Under the pieces are notes generated by a model. The model worked only from the letters and a program-made list of their open reading frames with translations, ran no database searches and was not told where the DNA came from. A stretch of DNA of 64,000 bases, taken from contig CM052817.1 of NCBI GenBank assembly GCA_028534125.1, positions 82,400,001-82,464,000 on the forward strand. The letters run 5' to 3'. Below are positions 1 to 13,190 of this stretch, piece after piece. Positions within the stretch are counted from its first letter, which is position 1. Every line of letters begins with the position of its first letter. This stretch comes from Lama glama (Eukaryota). A program made the position numbers and the translations under genes.

Positions 1-3000
1 TGGAGGTGTTAGTAATTGTTTTTGTTCTTGAAATAATAAAATAACTTAATTTAAAGAGTTATTTTAACCAAAATAATAAACATGTGGTGAAAAATTGTCT
101 TGGATTAGCTCAGGGGTGGGCCAAATACTTCCATATAGAGACCACATTTTCTGTGATTAAAATTTCTAGAAAATTTCACAGGTAAGAAATAATTTTTCAA
201 GTGTTGTTTTTTTTACATAAAGAACTCAGATGCTCTACAACTTTAAGTTCCATTTAATCTATTGTTCTTTTTCAGCAACCACTGTTTACTTTTCATTTGT
301 AGGACATTTCGCACATATCACTGCATATTTCTGCTGGCTTACTTTGTAAACTATCTGTAAGTTTTTCAAATAAGCTAGAAATTGTGATTCCTAATGAATG
401 CATGTGATCACCAAGATAAAAGATAATCAAATAAAAATATTCGTTAAAAATAGTCCAGACTCTACCACAAGAGTAAATTATTGACCCTTTATCCTCTGTT
501 CTGAGGTTTTTTTAGATAGTGAGAAGAGCTCAATGAAATTTATACGTTTTCAAAGATTCACTTGGTCATAATTTTTTTCTACAGTCCTCTACAGTCCAGA
601 CTGCCTCCTCCAGAGCCTCAAATAATCAAGTTTTGTTTGTTTGTTTGTTTTTACAACAGCAGTAACCATGCAAAAGTGGAAGTTGTGAGGATTGAAGGAA
701 GGGGAAAAAGAGGGTCGAGCAAATTTGTCTTCTATCAGCACATTTTAACTATAATGAGCATGTTAATATGATTCCCTTTTATCAAATTACCTTCTCAGCA
801 TATCAAAAATGTCTTACCTCCCTCTAAGTGAGGCTCAGATTATAAATTCCCCCAGTTAGGATACAACCTTGGAATCTGCCTGGGACTATGGATAGAGACA
901 ATGGAGAAAGTGAAATGGAATTCTAGGTGATACGACTTCAGGAAGCAAAGAATAGGTTGAAATGGCCAATGTTTGGGGTCAAAAGCACTGTCTGCTGAGA
1001 CAAAAGTAAGAGGACAAGAAGGTAGCATCTAGAAAATTTACTGAGAAAAGGTTCCCAGGGAACTGCAGATTTTGTGGTGTGCTACCTCAAAGTTGAAAGA
1101 AATATTTCTTAATATACAAAATTTGGACTGATAATCAAAAATGAAACAGAAGGACTATAATATTGACTGAGTGTAAAAAGGGGGAAAGGAATGAGACTAC
1201 AAGAAGCTGAGATGCAAGGTGAATGTAATATGGAAGAAAAATGTCTGGTGGTCAGCCCACAAGCATACACTGAACTCTACCAGCTGAAAGCAAACGTGAA
1301 GGCTCGGCATTTTTATAGGGTAGACTTAGCTAAGTCACATGGAACAAGAGGACAGAAAATAGAATTGGGAAATCTGAATTTTAATCCAGATTTTTAAATT
1401 ATCTGGAAAATAATTTGGAAAAATTACCTTACTAGGATGACATATCACCATTGGGAAATAGTATGTAAAAAGATAAATATGAAGACATATCCAGTTCCTA
1501 AATTCAATGTCAATAAAATGGGGTGGAGTAAAAGAGAGGATCCCCAATATGAACATCACCACATTCAGAATATTGCTTAGGTAAATTGTGTATTTTGTAC
1601 ACATTTTCCACTTTGAAATGACTTCATCAATGATGTCATATAGTGATTGGATTTAATCAGTATTGTTTTAAACTCTTTTTCTACCACCCCAGTGGAAACA
1701 AAGAGTACATTTTTTAACTGTGTAACATTTGAAACTAGACATTTTTTCTTCTTTTTTGTGATACGTATCCTTAAGTGGTTTAAAACAGTCATTAGTTCTG
1801 ATTTATGCCTTGTATATACAGAAAGTAAACTATTCTCTCACTGTAGTAGTTTCCAAGATACCATTTTGTAAATGACAAAGTATTGAGTTAACAAAAGAAA
1901 CTGAAGTCATTAATAAGGAAAACTGCTTTTCTGGAAACCCAAACATCTGAACAGCTAAGCTCTGAATAGAAATAAGCAATTTAAAGTTTTATGATAAGAC
2001 AAATATGTTACTATGACACTGCTGGAGGTAGATATGAATTTAAATTTTCCCCTGGGAGGGGGACTCGCCTGCAGAGGGAATCCATCAGTCTAGGGTGTAG
2101 ACTGGGAAGAAGAGCTGACAGAGGAATGTTCTCTCTCATTTAAGGGAGGGAGCTGGAAGCTGATCCCATAGTCATTAAAGAAAGATCCTGTCCCTAAATA
2201 AAAATTTAAATATTCTGCAATCTATGATCTCTGAATTCCTTATTCAGGGTCATCTTTTTGGGGTCCACTTGTAGGATTTTTTCTCCCTAGAAAATAATAG
2301 GCTTGCAGTTTAAAGAATGACTTCACATAGGTGTTCTACTATAATTGTGAATTAACTAATCAAAATCTTAGGATTAAAGGAAAAAACATAAAAATAAACT
2401 TAGGTTAGTCAGCTCCTTCATTTTTCAGTAACTTCCCGCCAGCCACCAGTAATCATATTGAACTCAATAGGTAAAAATATTATTAAGTAGGCTTAAGAAT
2501 TATTTGCAGAAGAAGTTAACCTGGTGTATGTAATCTATAAAGGATGCATCATAGAGCAGATAACTATAAGAGCATTGATTTTTAAAATATTTTGATTATC
2601 TGAGAAACTGTAATTGCAGCTGTAGATAGCTTATCTGGTCAACTGACTGAAACAATAAGATAGATACTTCATTTCTTTGATAGCATTTTTTTCCCTAAAT
2701 AATTTATGTTTTCCCACAATTACAAGTAGAAAGTATTAATAATAAAAACAAAATGAAGTTAAGGAGATATCTAAGGAGTATTGTTTAAAAGCTCACATGT
2801 GATAATAATTCTGTTCTTGTTTTTAATCTGTTAATTTTAGTGTTTAAAGCCAAATTTAGAAAATGCTTGTACCTTTTATACACTTTGTTTCATATTCTCC
2901 TGTTTTAAATGTAGTTAGTTTTCCCCTCTGGCATGAGCCTGTAACTATTAAAGGAAGTATCTGCAGAAAAGAAAAGTTTTAGACTTTTAAATACAATTAA

Positions 3001-3559
3001 AATGGTTAACTACTCAATTTGACAGTTTATTCCCCAGAAATGTAACTCCATTAGATTTTTAGGTACAATATTTTGAAAGGAAAGAAGATTTACTGAATAT
3101 GAGATGATCCAAATGTTTTATAATTTTAGTAACATCCTCAAAAAAGTAATCCAAGTGAGGATAATTGGGATAATTATTTTTCAAACTAATAATCATCTCA
3201 CAAAAAGTCACACTGCATCTTTCTGTTGCTTTGTACTAATGCATCTTTTAAAACTGTAACAAAATAAGGCTTCTAGGCAGGGTAGTGGCAGTGATATTTC
3301 TAACAGTAGTGATAACTAAGATGATTTTTCAAGTAATAGAATTTAAAACATCATTGAATACATTAGCATCTTTCTATATATAGCCTTACTGGTGGATGAA
3401 ACTCTCAGGAGCATATAAAATACAGTCATAACTATCATTAAAATTTGGATAATTCAAAGAACATATCAGTGAGCATTTTACATTCATTATTCATTATTCT
3501 ATATAGAATCTAGGTGGTAATGCTCTGAAGTGTTTACATCAGACTGTACATTGAGATGA

Positions 3560-3784
3560 TAAGGCCAGACCCTTAGACTTTATACGTCCCACTTGCTCAG
3601 CCACTTGATGAAGATGTGAGCTGCCCTGGGAAGGGAATGCCGTCAGGAGTGTCTCACTGCAGCTGAGGCAGATCCTGAAGGTAGCTGTTGACACGTAGCA
3701 GCTGTCCACTGGCTATCTTCTTTGTCCTTAGATAAGGCTCTTCCTTGAATGGGATACGGGGAGTAGAATTACATGTCTATCACA
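3560..3784. mobile_element. ERVL-type LTR fragment (LTR16/LTR33-like)
   Basis: cagctgaggcagatcctgaagg...ttccttgaatggga... ending in TCACA resembles old ERVL LTR ends; family recalled, not searched. Confidence 0.45.
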
Positions 3785-3789
3785 AGGTT

Positions 3790-4330
3790 GACTAAACTAG
3801 AGAGAGGAGAAGGTCAGCTTCTGGATATATTTTAAAGGTAGGGCTAATATAACTTCCTGATGGATTAGATGTGTGCAGTAAGAAAAGTAGTTGACAGGAA
3901 GATCCTTGATTAGGTATTTTTACCAGCGTGAATACATGAATGGTGAACTGTTTTTAAGTGAACATTTGCAGGGTAGAGAAATGAAAAGTTTTGTTTGGGT
4001 CATATTAAGTTTTGAGCAGTGTATTAAACATCTCATGCAGATGTCAAGTATTGGCATATATGTATGAGATTAGTCAGGAGATTGAGGGTGGAAATGTAAA
4101 TTTGGACATTTTTGAAGTCCTACAATTGACAGGAGTGAGAGTTTAGACAAGAAAGCCAAAAATGGAGGCAACGCTTAGAGTTAATCCAACATTTAAACAT
4201 TGGAATGATGAAGAGAATCCAGAAAGGAGACTAAAAAGAATTTCTAGTGAGATGATGCAAAGCAAGAGAAAGAGCCAACTGAAGAAGATATTTCAGGTTT
4301 TGGAAGATAGAGATCAACATGTTTTTAAAT
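3790..4330 (-). mobile_element. LINE-2 fragment
   Basis: ctggatatattttaaaggtag...tggattagatgtg...gttttgtttgggtcatattaagttt is typical of antisense L2. Confidence 0.65.
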
Positions 4331-6716
4331 CATCGAACTTGAATTTTTTTCATGTCAAGATGAAAAAAACACTCCCTTGATTAACAAGGAATACAGATGA
4401 CTTTAAATAGTGCAGTGTTGTCTAAGTATGACATATCGTCTATTAAAAAATGACTAAGCAGTAACCATTAGCTTTCACAAAGTTGTGTTTAACTATAAAG
4501 ATGCTTTTAGAAGAAAAATTTGAATTAACTTTGACAAAAAAAGAGAACGAGTTTAATATGCCTAACTGTAATGATTGCCTAGAATAACATTACAAATCCA
4601 GTAAAAATGTATTCTAAATACACAAAAGCTGCATTCTCTGCATAAGTTTCTATTTGGTCAGTAGCTAATTTTACACAAATGCCTTGCTTATGAAGGCATT
4701 TTTTTGGATTGGCATAACTGAAAAATAGTGTTAGCTTAGGTTTTCTTTTTTTGCTTTCCTGTGCTGTGTCAACTGTGTATGTAAAACTGAATCTCAAACT
4801 TGTAGATACATTTAAATGATTTGTTAGATAATAACTTATTTTAAAGTATATTTGCATAAAAATGAAAATAAAAATGAAACCTATTTGAGAATGTTAAGAG
4901 AACTTAGGTTTTGTTGCAAACATATTAAATATAATGCCCATTCAGTGCTTAGGCAAATGTTACAATGCACTTTCACCACATCAAACAATTAGTATTGTCA
5001 ATTAGTATTGTCTTAGATATACTGAAAATACAGTAGCAGGCTACATATGGACCACATAATTTTAAATGAGGAACTAATGTGTGATAAAAAATGAAAACTG
5101 TAATTTTTTTAAGAGGAAACCTCACCTGTGTAGTATTTACTGGCCATTAGTTTGTCTTTACTGAGCATCTTCAAGGATATAATTAGAGTTAGTATATTTT
5201 AGTCTTTCCATGCTGATATTTGGATTGAATACTCTTAAATTTTATTTTTTAAATCCCATATAAAATTAGGTTCTAATTCTTATTCTTCAGTAACATAATA
5301 TTTATTGAAAGGAAGTCTTTGTTATGAGGAACAGCATTATATGTTAATTGCTGTATGACCACATGTACCCTGGAAAATACTTTGAAATTAAAATATTTAT
5401 TTAAGTAAACCAAAATTATATTTGTATACATTCAATCAGACTAACGTTTGTTTCTGGTGGAAATACTTGTTTAAGTTTCAATTTGTTAAAGGTTGCTTCA
5501 ATCACAGTATTGTTTACTTTTAAGACATTGAGGATAATATGAAATTTTTGTTATTTGCAAAGACATATTGCAAGTTAAAATGTAGTTTACCCATGAAATA
5601 ACCTCGGCATGATTGGAATTTATTTTAAATTGTGAAAATGGTGAAACCCTGCCATAACTCAACAAGTAAGGTCCAAAAACTTCAACTGTACACAATATAG
5701 GGTAGCAGCATTGCAAGGATAAGAACAACAAAAATACATTTTTAGTTAGTCTTCCAATGACAATGTGGTAAAAGAAAAAGAGAAAATGTTGCATTTGTTA
5801 GTTTCTTATTTATTAGGCCAACTGGGATTGTTACCAAACAAACAAACAAAAAAAAAGGAAGCACTTAGTTCAGTACTTTACTAAGAAAAACTAAAATGAT
5901 CATGAGGTAGTAATTTGCTAACATTTCTGTTGCTCCATCACTAAGGAAAAATTAGCTTTCACTCGCCCTGACCCTTTTGTAGAACTTGGGCAGGCCAGAA
6001 CATTGGTGTTATTCACCAATGCCACAAAATCTGTATTTTGATATTGTGGGGGCTGTACTGTAATTTGAAATACCATCCACGCAACAATCTTTTTTTGTTG
6101 TTGTTGGTACATTCATCATCTTGCGTATTGCCAAGGTTTATGTAGTTGAGCTGACTGGCTAGTTGATTATAATATCCCCTTCCTCATCGCCTTTAATTAA
6201 CAAAAATGGTCTTTCCAACTAAAGAATAGCATCTCTGAATAGAATGTAAATGAAGAAGTTGTACTTCTCTAAGGAAAATTCTAAATACGTTGTGTGTGTG
6301 TGTGTTTTAATCATTCATAGGGTATGGGAAACTATGTTTTATTAAAACTGTGTCTTGTTAAAAAGCAAATGTTGTTTGCAACATTTTATTAAAAAAGTTA
6401 GAGCTCTTTCTCAGCCCAATATTTATTTCTACATTTATTTTTTCTTCAACATATACTGGGGCTTGTGTTAGTTCATGAAGATACAAATATGAATAATTTT
6501 TTGTGCCTGGATTGCTCATAGTGGTGGCAGTGGAAAACAAACAAAGAAAAATTGTGATAACTGTGATAAAGGCTATAAAAGAATACTCACAAGACTCAGT
6601 AGTGCCATCAAGGAGCAAGTAGATTTGAAGGTAGTACAGGCCTAAATAGAACGTTTGAGTTTCAAAATTGAAACCTGGGAAGTAATAAAATAGGTTAAGA
6701 ATTTGATGTTCTTTTT

Positions 6717-6838
6717 ATTTACTTATTTATTTTTAATTTTTTTTCTGGGGGAGGTAATTAGATTTATTTATCTATTTTTAATGGAGATACTAGGAATTGA
6801 ACCCAAGACTTTGTCTGCCACTGAGATATACCTTCCCC
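6717..6838 (-). mobile_element. tRNA-derived SINE, camelid type, internally deleted, with 12-bp TSD
   Basis: Minus strand reads ggggaaggtatatctcagtggcaga...gggttcaattcctagtatctccattaaaa; tail gggggaggtaattagatttattta; TSD gatgttcttttt at 6705-6716 and 6841-6852. Confidence 0.85.
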
Positions 6839-8464
6839 TAGATGTTCTTTTTCAAAGTTACCACTCATAATAGATCAGCAATTCCTTTCAAAGTCTGGTA
6901 AAAAGAATCCTTGTTACCCTTACTAAAAGGAAATGAAAGAAGAGAAGAGAAGATATCATGAGTAAAAATATTCCAATTACTTCTCTTTGATATACAGGGC
7001 TCTAGAATACTTACTCTAGGGATTCATAAGACGTACAACCTGCAATCGCATAATGAAAAGATGATTACATTTCATATATACTTCCCTTAGGGAAGAAAAC
7101 ATATTATTTAAAATGAGGTTAGCCAGCAAATACAATTGTTTAATTTCATCATGGGTTTGGATCCCAGGTGTGGTTTTATAGCCATATTAGCAAGCATTAG
7201 TTTTGGTGTGTTTTTCTACCAAGTCCTTTTAACATTTCTTTGGGGAGATAAAAATAGAGATTATCAGAGTTCTTTTAATGCCTTTATCCATTGTCTCTAT
7301 AACCAATTTCAAGATGAAAATGCCAAAGAGACTTTACAATAAATAGTATCACAGTACTCTGGGATATTACACAATATAAACTATAAAGCACCACACTGTG
7401 AAGAGTGGCTTCTTTTGTTGTTGCAATTCTACCAGCTTCCAGCAGTTAAGATAGCAAACAAACATGAATAAAAAAGTCTCCAAAATACTAGACTAGATAA
7501 TTTCATTCTATTTAGGATTTCCCTGTGTCTCAAAGTTTAAATTTGGAATGTATTTCTTATGGGAAAATTTCCCTCTCTCCTTACCTCATACATATCAATG
7601 TTACCTAAAGTTTTATGCCTTTCCCTCTACTCATCGCTATGCTTTCTCCCAGAGCTGTTTTGTCTGCTCCCATATTTTCAGTATATTTCAAACATGTCAA
7701 GCTGTCAACCCTATAATCTTAACCAAGCCTTCTCTTCTAAAATCCTCATATGCTGTATACTTCAATTGGATGTTCACATAGTATATCTTAGGAGTTTGAA
7801 AAATATTTCTCATTTTCCAGTTTAATTTGGAAATTGTTTTGCTTCTGTCTTATTTCCACACTGACTTCATTGAAATGTGTTCTCAAGAGATAAAATTAAG
7901 AGTGTGGCATGGAAGGAGAAGAATCTTGCTCCAAAGAGAATATACTTTATGCATTCTTGCTCACCCCAGCCAAACAGTGTCTATTCTAACCATTAGTCAA
8001 TTAGTGAATTGTCAAAACAATGTCTTTGATAGTCATTATGTTTACGGAATAATTTGATCTGTTGTGTTCTTTATTATATATTTGACACATTTGACTAAAA
8101 TAAGCAATATATGTTTATTCTTTGGCAATTATAAGGAAAGTGTTAAAATATAAATAGTTTCATTTTTTCCTAATGGATGCTTAATGAACTATCACAAAGA
8201 GAAATGAAGTTAATTTACATATTGTTTCAGTTTTCAACTTGATATGGCTGTAAGTTTTCATAAACGTGAGTATCTTTCAAGCAGAATTGGTAAACAACAA
8301 CTCATAAATAAACTTTTAGCTATTTAATTTCATAATATAGTGGAGGTATTTTATAAGCAGATGAATTATCATTGCTCAGTGAAAAAAATCCTCTGAATCT
8401 AGATGATGTCCATTGAAACTTACTGATGCATTAACCCAGAGCAATGTTATTGAAATAAAGTTGG

Positions 8465-11400
8465 TTTTTTTTCTTTTTTTAATATGTATTTCTATTGAAG
8501 TATAGTCAGTTGACAATGTTGTATCAATTTCTGGTGTATACCATAATGCTTCAGTCATACATGAACATACATATATTCATTTCCATATTATTTTTTACCA
8601 AAAGTTAGTACAAGATATTGAATATAGTTCCCTGTGCTATACAGTATGAACTTGTTATTTATCTATTTATATGTATATTAGTGAGTATCTGAAAATCTCA
8701 AACTCCCAATGTATCCCTTCTGACCCCCTTCCCCCCAGTAACTGTAAGTTTGTTTTGTATATCTGTGAGTCTGCTTCTGTTTTGTAAATAAGTTTTTTTG
8801 TTTTTTTTTTTTTTAGATTCTACATATAAGTGATATCATATGGTATTTTTCTGGTTTGATAACTTTCTTTTGTATTAGGTTGGTTTCTTTTTGGTTTTTG
8901 TAACTCTATTGTATGCTTCTGATTTATGGTTACCTTGTTTTTCAAGTATGTTAACCCCTTGCTATATCTGTTTGCTTTAGACTGGTAGTCATGTAGTCTC
9001 AAACACATCCTAAAAAGAATGAAGGGGGTAAAAAGGAAAAAATACAAAAGAGAGAGGAAAAAAATCTATATTTTCATGCTCCCCTCTCCTACCTTTTATG
9101 ATTTTGATGTCCCTTTTTTTTAACATCTTCATGTTTATTCTCTTGCAACTCATTGTAGTTACCACATTTCCAATTATGGTTTTCTCATATGTATAGCTTC
9201 TTGCTTATTTTCTATTTAGAATAGACATTTCAACAATTCTTTTAGCATAGGTTTAGTATTGTTGAATTCTTTGAGTTTTTGCTTGTCTGTGAAATTCTTT
9301 TTCTCTCCTTCTTCTAAAGGATACTCTTGCCAGATAGAGCATCCTAGGTTTACAGCTTTTTCAACATTCAGGACTTTGAAAATACCTTGCCAGTCCCTTC
9401 TGGCCAGTAGTGTTTGTGTAGAGAAGTCAGCTGAAAGCCTTATGGGGGTTCCCTTGTAACTAACACTTTGTTTTTCTCTTGCTGCCTTTAGAATCATTTC
9501 TTTATCTTTAACTTTGGCCATCTTAATTATAATATGTCTTGGTGTGGGTTTGTTTGGCTTCTTCTTATTTGGGACTCTTTATGATTCCTGTACTTGGTAT
9601 TTGTTTCCTTCTTTAGGTTTGGAAAGTTTTCAGTCATGATTTCTTCAAATTCCTTTTCTCTTTTTTCCCCTTCTGGGACCCCTATTATGCATAGGTTGGC
9701 ATGCTTTATATTATCCCCTAGGTCCCTTATATTGCTTTAACTGGTTTTTACTTGCTTTTCTGTCTGCTGTTCTGATTGGGTGACTTCTGTTTTCCTGTCT
9801 TCTAAGTCACTTATTCTTTCCTCTGCATTATCTGATCTGCTTTTGACTGATTTTAGCTCAGCTCTTACTCAGTCATTGAGTTTTCTGTTTTTAATTGGCT
9901 CCTCTTTATAGTTTCAGCTTTCTTTTTATCATATTATCTGCCTCTATTCATAGTCTGTCTTATTTCCTTCAGTGCTTTAATCACTTCTTTTTTGAAGTCA
10001 TAATCTAGTAGACTGTCAAGGTCTGTCTCATTGTTCGTTCTTCCAGGGGACTTCTCTTGTTCTTTTAATTGGGAGTGGTTCCTCTGCCTCTTCATTTTAC
10101 TTATATTTCTCTGGCTCTATGGATTTAGGAGTATCAGTTGTCTACTGTGATCTTGAAGGATTGTTTATTTTGTTTGCTTTTTTGTTTTTATTTAAAGTGG
10201 GAGCGTTCCTGTGTAGACTCTGTGTGTCTAATAGTTTTGTTGCGAGGGCTTTTCTTAGTATGGATGGTAGCCACATCTTTCTTCCCTATGTGTTGGGTAT
10301 TATCCCTTTGATTGGGGGTGTGGTTGGTGATGTGGTGTTCAGGGCCTGCCCTGATTGTTGTTATTGAGTAGGACCTCCTTTTTTTGTTCTCTGGTTGTCA
10401 CAGCCTTGACAGGGGCAAGGTCTGCTCCCCTGTTGCTGGAATAGAGGCTTCCAAATCTGTTTCTGAGCTGTGGTGTGTGGTAGGCAAGGTTGGAGCACTT
10501 CAGCTGGGAAGAGGAGTCTTTGAGTATACCTCCCCAGGAGATGTCCACTGGGAAGTGCCCTCTGTGGTGTTGTCTGTCACTTGTTATGTGGGCTTAGAAA
10601 GTAATCTTTGTTGACACTGCCTTGTCCCCTCCTTAGCTGGAGGAAAGTCATCCACCTGCTCTGATGTCCCCCAGGTTCTGGGCCCCAGGAACCACCAGCA
10701 CAGATCTGCCAATGTCAGGCATTAGGGCCCATTGTAGCAAGCGTGCAGCCACACATCTGACTCTGCCGTGCACAACAGGGTCAGCACAGACCCCAGCCTC
10801 ACCTTGTGGACAGTGCAGTACAATAGACTATTGTAAATAACTGTACTCATCTGTGCCAGAACTCTGCTCACTGCCTATTCTTCCCAGAGGCACAGGTCCA
10901 CAAAAGGTCCATAGAGAGCAGATCCACCCTCTCTGCCTGGGGCTGTAAACAAATCTCAGTCCTGCCTGTGAAGTTGTAGAGCCACTGGGTATGGATTCAG
11001 CTTTCAGCCCCACTTCTTCACAGCAGTGATGGCTGTGACCAAGCTCCACCTCTCTTCTTGACAGCACACTAACAATGGAGCCAAGAGGAGATAGGGGCTA
11101 TGGTGTGGCTGTGTTGCATCCCTTCCCCCATACACACAAGCAGTGGTGCTTTTTTATGGTGGTCCCAGGCTGTTCTGTTCCACACACACCCCCATCCAGA
11201 GTTCACACTGCCCTCCAGTCCCCTGAAGCCGCCTCTGTGCAGTGGGATCCAGCCCTCTCCCAAAGCTCCTCACGGATTTCCTGTAGCCAGTCCCGGCTTG
11301 TCCCTGCTGGCTTACGTCTAGGGCTAGGGATCGCAGGGACCCTGCCTGCCAGTTCTCTTAGTTCTATCTGCCAAGCCGCTGCCACTTTCTCCTCTGAGCC

Positions 11401-11600
11401 TCAGAAGTTCCGCTTCTATCACTGCTGACCTCCGGGAAGGTTTTGTGAGAATCTTCCTATATTTCAAAGCGTGAAACACTCTGCCAGAGTTCAGTAGGTG
11501 TTCTGTGCAATTCAGTGGGTTTATAGAAGTAATTCTTGGTGTATCTGTGGGAGAAAGTGATCTGTGAGTCTCTCTACTCCACTGTTTTGGTGCCTCCCTC
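8465..11600 (-). mobile_element. LINE-1 with 5'UTR, decayed ORF1, spacer and 3'UTR/poly(A); ORF2 absent
   Basis: Poly(T) at 8465-8480, L1 3' tail 8480-8850, ORF1 peptide ILKAAREKQSVSYKGTPIRLSADFS (ORF 9216-9521), GC-rich 5'UTR 10100-11600. Confidence 0.9.
9216..10095 (-). pseudogene. Disrupted L1 ORF1p coding remnant
   Basis: Starts atgaagaggcagaggaacc at 10095; C-terminal half gives AAREKQ..YKGTPIRLSADFS; interrupted by stops/frameshifts. Confidence 0.85.
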
Positions 11601-11669
11601 CGTACTTACTTCTTGATGCCTCTCTGCCACGTTGTAAACTACCAGCATGTTCTCCTTTAATTCGCTTCT

Positions 11670-11792
11670 AGATTACTTGTTTAATATGAAAGGATGTAAC
11701 TCAGGAACAGCTAGATGGAAGAGATGCATAGGCAAGGTATGGGGAAAAGGCACAGAGTTTTCCATACTCTCTCCAATTGTGCCACTCTCCCC
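11670..11792 (-). mobile_element. MER21-like LTR fragment
   Basis: aaaggatgtaactcaggaacagctagatggaagagatgcataggcaaggtatgggg resembles MER21-family LTR; stops abruptly at 11792. Confidence 0.6.
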
Positions 11793-12526
11793 TAAGTTGC
11801 TTTTGAAAGAGCTGAAAACTGAGTTCCCTAGTAGAGAGAATTTGGGGACATTTTGAATTTCACTATTTTGTGCCATAGCCTTTTATTATTTTAGCTAGTC
11901 CAGAATAAGCTTTCAGATTCCTTTAAACACGTTAATGATTTGATTATAAATTCTTATGTCAAAAGTGTTTTTGTTTGTCTGTGTGTTTGTGACTTTAATT
12001 AAATCCTTTGGGTCAACACTGGGAAAATTTATTCTCATGTAGTTTGACCTGGTAAAAAGCAAAATCTAATTTCAGTTTGTTCCAAAGGTAATTCATATAT
12101 ATTTTTTCCTTCTATTAACCTACATCTCTGTTCCTTGAGAGTGAACTAGTTATATTTAAGTTTGTAGTTGTATGATGGAATTGAAATGTGAAATATACTG
12201 TGAAATAGAATAAAATGATAAAATACCACTTAATTCAGATATCTACTGTGAGAAGATACAGTATTCCATTGTTTATTATCAATTCAGAATAAATGCAATA
12301 AATTGTAAAGAAAATGTTTACAAATAGCTCATAATCTTAAAATTGATGTAACCTACATATGCTAGAATGCAATAAAGATTGCCTAAAATCTCATTGAACA
12401 AGAAATCAGAAAAGCATGCCCTTCTGTTCTTTACTGTACTTTAAAAAATTGATGTTTATTGCAATATCTTAAAGAGACATTCAATAAATTCAAAAAGAAA
12501 TGGAGTAGAGGATACCAAAGGACCTT

Positions 12527-13190
12527 GTATGAGTCAAAGTCCAGTCAGGAGACATAAACCATACCAGTTCTTTAACAAAGAGAGTTTAACATAAAGAATG
12601 GTTAACAAGCTACTGAAGTATTAAAACATAATAAAGGAGAAACTAAGGTATTATGTGGGAAACAAGTGTGTGAAGCAGATATCAGTCATAGAACTCGGAG
12701 AACAAAGGGCAAAGTTAGGGATTACTAAACCTGTAAAGTTTGGAGGAGAGGTTTTCCTAGGCTGGAGGCCTACCTCCCAGGGGTAAAGTTGGCCTGGCAC
12801 TAACATCTCAGAACTCAGAAAAGGGTCTCTAAGAGGCTGGGACTTGGGCTTCTGAAGAGCGGATGCTGGTTGGTTCCAGGCCACTGTCATTGAAAGGTCA
12901 CAAGTTCAAGTACTGGAAAACTCCAAACTGCCGCAACTAAAATGAACCCAGCACTGCTGGCTTGAACAAGCAAGGCTAGGAACAGGAAGCCTAAAGAATC
13001 AGTGAGAAAGGAACAATTTCCTTTTCTCTTCCAGCCTCCCAGTCTCCCTTTAACTGCTTTAATTGGCAGAGCCTAACAGGAAGCCAGCTGACAAAGCAGG
13101 ATCACCGTTCACGGAGCTCTAGCCCCCATATCACAGATCATTGTGTAGCAAGACAGGTTAAAAAGAAAGAAAATTAGCTTAATAGCCAGC
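12527..13190. mobile_element. Old solo LTR (LTR78/79-like)
   Basis: Begins tgtatgagtcaaagtccagtcaggagacataaaccatacc; GC-richer block with attggcagagcctaacaggaagccagctgac near its end. Confidence 0.5.

Noticed and set aside
4986..5011. 13-bp tandem duplication (caattagtattgt x2), and a similar one near 58468
   Set aside because: Ordinary slippage duplications; two units without spacers, not CRISPR-like
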